In this document: positions 7,407-15,003 of the stretch, in pieces
How positions within the stretch are numbered: position 1 is the first letter of the stretch
Layout: every line of letters starts with the position of its first letter
Virus record (IMG/VR): IMGVR_UViG_3300020576_004096
Reading direction: 5' to 3' (one strand)
From: an uncultured virus (IMG/VR IMGVR_UViG_3300020576_004096)
Lineage: Duplodnaviria > Heunggongvirae > Uroviricota > Caudoviricetes
Length of the DNA: 20,000 nt
Position numbers and translations under genes: made by a program
Notes under the pieces: generated by a model
The model's input: the letters and a program-made list of their open reading frames with translations, nothing else
Databases searched by the model: none
What the model was told of the DNA's origin: nothing

Positions 7407-7600
7407 AATAATGGCGCAGTGGAAGACTCCTCACTCATAACGATTTAATTTTGTTGGAAAGGATACCCCACCCCCCAGCCCGCCCCTTCTCTAATCTAAA
7501 AGATACCTAGTTTGCGGAGGTAGCCTAAGGCATGCGCAGCTACGGAAAGACTCTTTGCCGATAATATACCTGAAAGCTTTGGGGTATACGAGGGATAATT

Positions 7601-7918
7601 ATGACAAACAAAGAGAAGAATAGAATTAAAAACGCAAAGAGTAAAGAGTATAGGACTTCATACAAGAAAAAGATTTATCAACAATGTAGAGAATACTGTT
7701 GGGAGTATAAAAGAACTCATCCATGTATGCATTGCGGAGAAAAGCATCCTGCATGTTTATCTTTTCATCATAGAGATCCATCAACAAAGGACGGAGATGT
7801 TACATACCTCTGTAAGTATGGAATGAAAAGAGTTTTAGCAGAAATTGCCAAATGCGATATACTCTGTCATAACTGTCATGCCAAGGTTCATTATAATGAA
7901 GGGCATGCCGTCACTTAA
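7601..7918 (+). CDS. HNH endonuclease, 105 aa
   Basis: CMHCGE...LSFHHRDP...EIAKCDILCHNCHAKVH: zinc-binding HNH signature. Confidence 0.9.
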   Translation: MTNKEKNRIKNAKSKEYRTSYKKKIYQQCREYCWEYKRTHPCMHCGEKHPACLSFHHRDPSTKDGDVTYLCKYGMKRVLAEIAKCDILCHNCHAKVHYNEGHAVT

Positions 7919-8118
7919 AATTCAGGAATAAAAGGATACCTTATCTCGCTCACCCGTAGAGTAAATTTCTAAAGGGTATACCGTCACTTAAAATTCGCGC
8001 AAGAAGGATACCTTGGATTGCTCCCCGCTAATTGTTCTGTATATCCCGCCTCTTGCTCCTCTAGTCGCATTCTTCAAACCAAACATCTAATAAAATTTCG
8101 CGCAACGAAAGGATACCT
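7908..8118 (+). repeat. Three related units TAAAATT(T)C...AAGGATACCT in an intergenic region
   Basis: CCGTCACTTAAAATTC at 7908-7923 and 7981-7996; AAGGATACCT at 7932, 8004, 8109; related AAAGGATACC 7458 and AAAAGATACC 7498. Confidence 0.8.
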
Positions 8119-8159
8119 CATTGTTCGATAGTATCTATGAGAAGAGAGGAAAACGAACA

Positions 8160-8549
8160 ATGAAGAATATACAAACAAAATCTTATAAGAAAGCAATGCA
8201 TGATCAGGAATGGAACTATAAAGGCCATACCTGCAAGATTGATATTGACGTTGAAAGAGACCATAGAGGCGTTCCAGAGGTTGCTAAAGCTTATCATACC
8301 GTTATAACTCCTGAAGGCAAAACGCTTTATCCTGATATAAGCCCATACGATACGGATCAAACAACTGTTAACATGTGGATTGACGCAGGTTATCCTCCTC
8401 GTCCTGGCGGTAGCAATCATGACAAGAAGAGCTTACAAGCTTTGTTAGCTCAGAAAGGTCAAGTCGGACACAGGGGTATACTTCCTCCAAAAGACAATAA
8501 CATTACTTGGCTAACGAATCAAGAGCCGCTTGGAGGTAACAATGTCTAA
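8160..8549 (+). CDS. Hypothetical protein, 129 aa (start likely ATG 8160)
   Basis: GAGGA upstream; begins MKNIQTKSYKKA; overlaps start of next gene. Confidence 0.75.
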   Translation: MKNIQTKSYKKAMHDQEWNYKGHTCKIDIDVERDHRGVPEVAKAYHTVITPEGKTLYPDISPYDTDQTTVNMWIDAGYPPRPGGSNHDKKSLQALLAQKGQVGHRGILPPKDNNITWLTNQEPLGGNNV

Positions 8550-9139
8550 CTGGTATGAAATGGCAAAGTTTGCGGACGGTCAATGGACTGGTCTCAGAAC
8601 CGACGAATTGCAAAATGATAAATCAATTGTTGATCAAGCTTGGGATCTATATCAAAAAGGCGTATCTCTATCAAAAAGGCGTATCTCTTCAGCAAATATC
8701 AAGACAAATGAATATCGGTCCCAATATTCTAAGAAACTTTTTATCCAAAAGAAAAGGGTTTCAACCAGAACGGTTTGGTCCTGGAAATAATGCGTATAAC
8801 GGCCCCGCCCTAGACGAAAATAAAGGAAAGAAAGCTGCTGATCTTTACAGAAAGGGCTATACCATCAATCAAATTGCTGCTCATTTTAATGTAGCTAATC
8901 AAACCCTTCTTCCATATCTTATGAAAGCTCTCAATCCAAATGAGCGAGCAGAAATAAGAGAAAAGTTCTTATCTAGAAAAGACTCTAACTTCAAGAAAAT
9001 AGTTGATAAGATTATAGGTTTCAAAAACAAAAATCCAAACCTATCGTCTTCTCAAATATCAAAACTATTAGGTATAGAAGTTCATAATGTAAAGCGTATT
9101 GTTGAAATGTTTTATGACGGGCAACAGGAAGCGGCATGA
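8542..9139 (+). pseudogene. Triple helix-turn-helix protein frameshifted by a 19-bp tandem duplication
   Basis: GGAGG SD then MSNWYEMAKFA; TATCAAAAAGGCGTATCTC tandem at 8650-8668 and 8669-8687; removing one copy joins track ORFs 8530-8790 and 8555-9139 into one 192-aa frame with three HTH-like units. Confidence 0.8.
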
Positions 9140-9762
9140 AAATCATAGTTTCTGAAAACTATAAAATGAATCTACTACCTATCCCTGGTAGTAGATTTTT
9201 TCGTTATCGTTGCGACCATTGTGGCGATGTAATGAGAGCAAAAGAATCTGATATAGAAAAAGCAAGAAAAGATCGCATTCCTATATACTGTCTAAAATGC
9301 AAACCAACAGGAATACCTGGAAAGAGTCTAACCAAAGACCTTAATACACTTGAAGAAGATCCAGACGCTTTTAAGAAAAACCTAGAATCAAACTCTCATG
9401 AACATGGTTTGGTAAAATTTGCAGGCTTTGATACTGGGCATTGGCAAACCAAAAGCTTCAGAGACTCGCTATCCTTATTGCCAGTTCAAGTTCAACAGCT
9501 AGCCTCTCAAAAATATCAAACGCTTCTTTCCAATCCTCAACAAGTTGGCATTAAGCCATTACCCGAAAATAGGGGAAAGCTAGAAGTTTGGTCTGCTCAG
9601 GTTGGCGGTCGTTACAGAGCATTAGCTGTTAAGTTTCAATCTCAGTTTATATGGTATTGGATCGGCTCTCACGAAGAGTACAATAAGCTCAAGAGCATGC
9701 CTCCAAACTCTCAAGTCATGAACTTCGTTCAAAAGATTATGAGGGAAGGACGGTCCTCATGA
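9136..9762 (+). CDS. Zn-ribbon plus RelE/ParE-superfamily toxin-like domain fusion, 208 aa
   Basis: CDHC...CLKC at N-terminus; C-terminal TKSFRDSLSLLP..VQ..A...LLSNP...WSAQVGGRYRAL...WYWIGSHEEYNKL. Confidence 0.75.
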   Translation: MKIIVSENYKMNLLPIPGSRFFRYRCDHCGDVMRAKESDIEKARKDRIPIYCLKCKPTGIPGKSLTKDLNTLEEDPDAFKKNLESNSHEHGLVKFAGFDTGHWQTKSFRDSLSLLPVQVQQLASQKYQTLLSNPQQVGIKPLPENRGKLEVWSAQVGGRYRALAVKFQSQFIWYWIGSHEEYNKLKSMPPNSQVMNFVQKIMREGRSS

Positions 9763-10652
9763 GTTGGTACGACCTTGCTAAGTTTGCAGACAGGCTCACC
9801 TTGCCTCCCGGCAGGAGTCCCGAAGAAAGACCGGCGCTACAGAAGAACGACGTAGTAAGGGTCTTTCATGGTTTTAGGGATTTAGAGGACGCCATAGCCG
9901 CATGTCGCTACGGCTTATCTGGAAAGTCAAGAGTTGGTAGGGTTTACTCATATGAAGCCGACAACAATCCTACAGGGTTATTTGTAACAACAGACCCAAA
10001 GAAAGCTTCGGAGTTTGGAGCTTGGATAGTTGAGTTTCATGCGAACATGAACGAGCTTGAGGCTCCCGTTTGGCCAGGCGGTTCTTATACCGTTCAAGGG
10101 CAGATGGCTGAATACTTTGGCAACAGCAAAGCAAAAAGAGAAGAAGAAAGAGTTCGAGCAAGGCAACGAGCGGTAGACCGCAACATTCCGCCCATCTCTC
10201 AGAGCGAAAGACCAGAGCTTGCAAATACTCTTTTAGGATTTGGCGAGAGCCAAGCTTTATTCGTTGGACACTTGAATCCAAACCGTATTATCAGAGTATG
10301 GCTAAGAGACAACCGTAACGGTCAGTTATCCAATGTATCAAGACAACAGTTCTTAGCGAACAACAAGGGTTACGAGTTCAAGGGCAACAGCAATCATGAA
10401 TCAACCTTGGCAGCAAGAAGAGTGTTTAGGGTAGACGAGGAGTTTGACCCTAACAAGTTTGTACAGAGCTTTGTTGATAGGTATGGCGGAAGATGGACCT
10501 TTGACGAAGCGAAGAAAGCTTTGATAAGAGGTTTTGGTAATAAGAGTGTACAAGTTATGAAGAGCGAGCTATATAGGTATGTATGGCCTAAACAGTTACC
10601 CGCAGCTTTGAGATGGCTTGGCAGAGAGTACAAGAATCGCAATGTGGTATAA
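9759..10652 (+). CDS. Putative ADP-ribosyltransferase-fold protein, 297 aa
   Basis: RVFHG...GL...GLFVTTDPKKASEFG..IVEF pattern of His-type ART strands; N-terminal MSWYDLAKFA. Confidence 0.55.
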   Translation: MSWYDLAKFADRLTLPPGRSPEERPALQKNDVVRVFHGFRDLEDAIAACRYGLSGKSRVGRVYSYEADNNPTGLFVTTDPKKASEFGAWIVEFHANMNELEAPVWPGGSYTVQGQMAEYFGNSKAKREEERVRARQRAVDRNIPPISQSERPELANTLLGFGESQALFVGHLNPNRIIRVWLRDNRNGQLSNVSRQQFLANNKGYEFKGNSNHESTLAARRVFRVDEEFDPNKFVQSFVDRYGGRWTFDEAKKALIRGFGNKSVQVMKSELYRYVWPKQLPAALRWLGREYKNRNVV

Positions 10653-10950
10653 ATTCGCGCAAAATAGAAGAACAGGGTTTAAGGTCGTTGGCTTTGCCAA
10701 CGGCAAGGCTTATTCTCTAGCCAACCGCAACCTCCAATACAACCTTACCATTGGCAGCGTCGTTGGCGATACTTTCTTAGGAACGACAGAACAGTTCGTT
10801 ATAGACTATTACAGTAATATGACGGACGGGCAAGAGCTTTTGCTCACCTATTCGTATGAAGAAGCTGATATAATATCAGGAGGCGATTCTGCGAATGGCG
10901 GCGAGGTAAGGGTAAGCAAGGCAAGACTTGAAAGCGTCAGACCTCTTTAG
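10642..10950 (+). CDS. Hypothetical protein, 102 aa (start ATG 10642)
   Basis: Begins MWYKFAQ, overlapping the previous stop. Confidence 0.75.
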   Translation: MWYKFAQNRRTGFKVVGFANGKAYSLANRNLQYNLTIGSVVGDTFLGTTEQFVIDYYSNMTDGQELLLTYSYEEADIISGGDSANGGEVRVSKARLESVRPL

Positions 10951-12049
10951 GCGGCTCGAACAATAGATTTCGCGCAACAGGAGGAAGCCCAACTTGGTTG
11001 GGTTTTTGTGTTATTGGTTTGAGCGGAGCCGTTGGAGGAGTCTTTGGCGGCAACTGTAACCCAACCTCTCGAAGGTCTAAGTCCCATTCCTCAAACTCGG
11101 TAGCATTACTAAGAAGGTCCATTGCTCGACGAATCTCGCCCTTTGAGTCTTGGGTAACGTCAGCTATATAATCGAGCATGTCTCCGGTTTGGTGAGCGGA
11201 GTTGATAACAATATTGATTGTAGCGAGGGCTTGACCGATAGGTTGGTTCTCAACGCTCTTGAGCATGCTATAGGCATTCTCTATTCTTTGTCTTGTTTGG
11301 TCTATACCTTGGGGCTTCCAGAAGCCGTACCAAATAGGGAAGCATAAGAACTGAGCAAACTCTATACATATTTCCTCAAGGTCATACATTTGGGAAGCGG
11401 CCTCAAGGAATCCTGCCAAATCGTCGCCGTGCCAGGTGCTAAGATATTCGGAGAACGGCATTTCTTCGTAGCGTTGTTTGATTTCAGCTTGTATTTGTTC
11501 CTCGTCTATTTCTTCTTGGTTTCTATTAGCTTCGTAAAAAGCGTTTTCGGTATCAGCTTCAATAAGCTCATACTTTGCGGTTTCAAAGAGTTTATGAAGA
11601 ACAGGAGCTTGGCCGTTCTTAACAGGTTCGTCGAGTCGGTGTAGCTCTGGAGAAATGTTAAACTTCTTTCTTAGTCTTTGCATATCGCATTCGCTCTCGA
11701 TCATTTCGGCGAGGGATTGCGGGGAATCTCCGTTTATTTCAAACCATTCTTTAGCTCTTTTGGTTGCCCAAGTTCGAGGGGTAAGGAGGGCGTGACCCGA
11801 AAGCCAGTTTTCAAAGACTGGAACGAGTATATCCACAAAGTCTGCGATAACGGTTCTTGCGGAGTTTTCTATTTGTTTGAGGATATTTTCAAGTCTCTTT
11901 GGGTAGCCGTTGAAGTTATGGTGTTGTAAGTATTGGTACTTATAAGTAAGTTCATAGAGGGCATAGAGCATGCTTGATATGGAGTCTCTGTTATATTGGA
12001 CGTTCCATATAGGCGTTGTTGCAAACTTTGCTCTAGAGTACCAGTTCAT
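10937..12049 (-). CDS. Hypothetical helical protein with Pro-rich tail, 370 aa
   Basis: Long ORF, the only credible minus-strand gene; begins MNWYSRAKFA. Confidence 0.85.
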   Translation of the reverse strand: MNWYSRAKFATTPIWNVQYNRDSISSMLYALYELTYKYQYLQHHNFNGYPKRLENILKQIENSARTVIADFVDILVPVFENWLSGHALLTPRTWATKRAKEWFEINGDSPQSLAEMIESECDMQRLRKKFNISPELHRLDEPVKNGQAPVLHKLFETAKYELIEADTENAFYEANRNQEEIDEEQIQAEIKQRYEEMPFSEYLSTWHGDDLAGFLEAASQMYDLEEICIEFAQFLCFPIWYGFWKPQGIDQTRQRIENAYSMLKSVENQPIGQALATINIVINSAHQTGDMLDYIADVTQDSKGEIRRAMDLLSNATEFEEWDLDLREVGLQLPPKTPPTAPLKPITQKPNQVGLPPVARNLLFEPPKEV

Positions 12050-12131
12050 ACCACTATGTATCGAGAAAGTATGCTCTAATCCTTGATTGTTGAGAAAGGA
12101 AAGGCTGTTTATATTTCGATACTATAGTATC
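12050..12131. promoter_or_regulatory. Divergent pair of putative promoters AAGG-N16-TCGATA
   Basis: Minus: AAGG 12084-12081, TCGATA 12064-12059, ATG 9 nt later. Plus: AAGG 12096-12099, TCGATA 12116-12121, ATG 10 nt later. Confidence 0.55.
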
Positions 12132-12611
12132 ATGTGGTATAAAGCCGCTAACGAGACCTTTGTAACTTTGTATCATGGCACCAGCCGTGAGAACTATCTT
12201 TTAATGAATAGGACTGGCGTTTTGAGGAAATCGGACGTACCGAACCTTACAACGAGCAAAGAGTTAGCGAAGGCGTTTGGGAAGCAGTTCTTTGAGGGCG
12301 ACGAAACAGTAATCCTTTCTTTTGTACTTCCGCGAAATTTAATAGAAGGTCGGGTTGGTACGGTAGTAACGACGGTTGGCGACATTCCAATGAGATACTG
12401 CAAGGGCGTTGAGAAGTTTGACAGCATGGACGCTTCGATAGGAAAGCCAGCGGACATAAGGCATGGGTTAGAGGTTGGTCAGCAGGTTGGGGGATGGACA
12501 GCGGAGCAAGAGCGTATGGCGGCGGAGAAGCTTAGGGAGTTGGAGAGGAATCCAAAGGCTTATATACCGGCATGGATGAGGAACGACGGTAGGTTTAGAG
12601 GGAAAGTGTGA
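12132..12611 (+). CDS. Putative ART/Tpt1-fold protein, 159 aa (start ATG 12132)
   Basis: TLYHGTSREN......G......NLTTSKELAKAF...VIL; begins MWYKAA; catalytic Glu not evident. Confidence 0.55.
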   Translation: MWYKAANETFVTLYHGTSRENYLLMNRTGVLRKSDVPNLTTSKELAKAFGKQFFEGDETVILSFVLPRNLIEGRVGTVVTTVGDIPMRYCKGVEKFDSMDASIGKPADIRHGLEVGQQVGGWTAEQERMAAEKLRELERNPKAYIPAWMRNDGRFRGKV

Positions 12612-12687
12612 AAAAGTTAAGCAATTATACCTCTGGGAAATTTTTTCGTGCGAGCATGGCGGCGTTCGACGAGAAGGGGTTTAGCGG

Positions 12688-15003
12688 ATGGATTGGTTAA
12701 AGAAAGCGAGCAATATGAAGAAGAAAGCGAACGGCCCATGCCCGTTATGCGGTTCTCCGATGACGAAGAGGAAGGGACCGTATGGCGAGTTTTTTGGATG
12801 CAGCAAATATCCGCAATGCAAAGGAGTAAGGAAGCTTAATGAAGCTCCTGCCGCTCCTCAGAACAGACAACCTCAAGCTCCCCAACCTCGTCCGCCGCAG
12901 GCTGCTATGCCGCAGCCTGAAAAGCAAAGAACATGGATTCTTGCAACGATGATTGCAACTGGCGAGCCTGTTGTTGCCGCTAAGGGAGCGACGGGATGGG
13001 ACTATCAAACAGAAAATGGCGACTTTGGAACAATCCCAAACGCTGAAGTTGCGAAAACTATTAAGTCAGTTGAAGAAAACGGTCAAAAGGTTTCAGGCAC
13101 AAATCCTGCGGTTCTTTTTAACAAGTATCATCAACTCAATCCTAAAGCTCAAGAAGCTGAACAGCAACAACCCGAAGCTCCTGGCCGAATTCCAGCCAAC
13201 AGAATCAGTCCTCAACAAAAAGATATTGAGAACTCATTCCTTAATACGCCTCAGAGCATTATGATCAACGCTCTTGCCGGGTCTGGTAAGACGACCATGC
13301 TTCGTCACTTGGCAAGCTTTAAGCCGCCTGGCGAAAAGTGGCTATACTTGGTTTTCAACAAAAAGAACCAAGTTGAAGCTTCTACGGGCAAGGGTAAGTT
13401 CCCGAACGGTGTTGAAGTTAAGACAAGCCACAGCTTCCTTGGACAAGTTCTAGGTCGAAGCTCTGAACTTAACATGATTCAGCATACAGATTTATGGAAC
13501 AACTTTGGCGAGCGTATTACTCAGATTCTTGACCACATGATGGAAAGAGACAACACGTTCCCTCAATCTGTAAAATACGTTGCAAAGCAAACAATCAAGC
13601 AACTTGCTTCTTTGAGTAAGGCGTTTGCGGTTCATCCTCAGTCGCAAAATGCTGCTCAGCAAATGACAGAGATTATCCGTCAGTACAATATTGATACAGA
13701 CTTATCTCCTAATAAGGATAAGCAACCAAACGCAGCGGGCGTCAACTATGCGCCTCAGATTATAGACAAGGCTCTTGACTTGTTGCATTATTGCTTGCCC
13801 GGAAATGCGCCAACGCCAGAGCTTAACTCTATGAGAGACCATGACGATACGTTATGGTATTCTGCGATCAACGACGTAAAGTGGCCTCATTTTGACGTTG
13901 TTTTGGCTGACGAAGTTCAAGACTTCAATACTTGTCAAACGATTATGTTGCAGAAGTTATCTCAGGCAGGCGCGAGGGTTATTGCGGTAGGCGACCCAAA
14001 TCAAGCTATCTATATGTTTAGAGGCGCTGACGCTCAAGCTTTCCAGAAGGTTCAAGGCGTTCTTGGTCAGGCTCCGAACGGTAATGTTCCTCATGAACTT
14101 CCTGTTAACTACAGAAGCGGAAGAGCCATTATCAAGTACGTCAATGAAAAGACCCATGTTAAGAATCTTCAGGCTGGTAGGGACTTTGACGGTCAAGTAA
14201 CCGAAGGCCGCAAGGTTGAAGAAGCTATGGGCGATATCTTCAACGAGAAGAGGCAAAGAAATAGGCTTGCGGAACAAACAGCGTTTATTGCGAGAACGAA
14301 CTCTCCTCTTGTAAAGACTGCTCTTGAGCTTATGAAGAACAATGTTGAGTTTGTCATCATTGGTAGAGACTTCTCAAAAGAGCTTGTTGACCATATCGAA
14401 AAGATAACGGGCAAGGGCAGAATGGCGAAGAAGGTTCCTATACGAGTTCTTGGCGAAACGATCAACAACTTCCTTAGCGAAAGAGAAACAGCTTGGAAGG
14501 GCAAGATTGCAAGAGAGTCAGAACTCAAGGATATGAAGGCAACAACCGAAGCCTTGAGTAATGTTATTGAGTATTTAGCGGCTTCTGGCTATAGAGACCC
14601 TCAGTTGAATATGAGAGTTGACGACAGCACGGGCTTTATTGATTATATCAAGAAGAAGTTTGCTGGTGTCAATATGGATAATGCGGAAGAAGCAGAGGCT
14701 TTGAAGAAGAAAGACCCTCTATCCTATGTAACTCTTACTTCTGCTCATAGATCTAAGGGTTTGGAGTTTGATAGAGTCTTTATTCTTGAACCGAATCTCT
14801 TTCCTCATCCTAAAGCCAAAACGCCAGAAGAGCTTTTACAAGAAGAGAATGCTAAGTATGTCGCATATACAAGAGCGATGAAGGGCTTGCATGTTCTTGC
14901 TCCAAGCAAGGAAGAAAAGAAAGAAAGAAGAGAGGCTTCTTCCAAGGTTGGTTGGTATGTCAAGGCAAAGAGTACCAAGAAGAAAAGGAAAAAGAAAAGG
15001 TGA
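12688..15003 (+). CDS. UvrD/Rep-family SF1A helicase with N-terminal topoisomerase-type C4 zinc ribbon, 771 aa
   Basis: CPLCGSPM..RKGPYGEFFGCSKYPQC; ALAGSGKTT, DEVQD, VGDPNQAIYMFRGA, NYRS, ARTN, SAHRSKGLEF, YVAYTRA. Confidence 0.95.
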   Translation: MDWLKKASNMKKKANGPCPLCGSPMTKRKGPYGEFFGCSKYPQCKGVRKLNEAPAAPQNRQPQAPQPRPPQAAMPQPEKQRTWILATMIATGEPVVAAKGATGWDYQTENGDFGTIPNAEVAKTIKSVEENGQKVSGTNPAVLFNKYHQLNPKAQEAEQQQPEAPGRIPANRISPQQKDIENSFLNTPQSIMINALAGSGKTTMLRHLASFKPPGEKWLYLVFNKKNQVEASTGKGKFPNGVEVKTSHSFLGQVLGRSSELNMIQHTDLWNNFGERITQILDHMMERDNTFPQSVKYVAKQTIKQLASLSKAFAVHPQSQNAAQQMTEIIRQYNIDTDLSPNKDKQPNAAGVNYAPQIIDKALDLLHYCLPGNAPTPELNSMRDHDDTLWYSAINDVKWPHFDVVLADEVQDFNTCQTIMLQKLSQAGARVIAVGDPNQAIYMFRGADAQAFQKVQGVLGQAPNGNVPHELPVNYRSGRAIIKYVNEKTHVKNLQAGRDFDGQVTEGRKVEEAMGDIFNEKRQRNRLAEQTAFIARTNSPLVKTALELMKNNVEFVIIGRDFSKELVDHIEKITGKGRMAKKVPIRVLGETINNFLSERETAWKGKIARESELKDMKATTEALSNVIEYLAASGYRDPQLNMRVDDSTGFIDYIKKKFAGVNMDNAEEAEALKKKDPLSYVTLTSAHRSKGLEFDRVFILEPNLFPHPKAKTPEELLQEENAKYVAYTRAMKGLHVLAPSKEEKKERREASSKVGWYVKAKSTKKKRKKKR

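Larger units (their letters stand above)
547..7445. repeat. Dispersed 15-17 bp motif (T)AATCGTTATGAGTGA(A): six direct copies and one inverted copy
   Basis: + copies at 547-563, 910-924, 1899-1914 (1 mismatch), 2487-2503, 4361-4377, 5998-6014; reverse complement TCACTCATAACGATT at 7431-7445. Confidence 0.9.

Noticed and set aside
7557..7564. GCCGATAA, a perfect sigma28 -10 box upstream of the HNH gene
   Set aside because: No TAAA or AAGG element at the appropriate spacing; a single occurrence may be chance.
377..10950. Stop-codon reassignment (TAG readthrough) as in some large phages
   Set aside because: Long genes are intact under code 11, TAG at 10948-10950 is a plausible stop, and reading through the TAG at 386 gives nothing protein-like.
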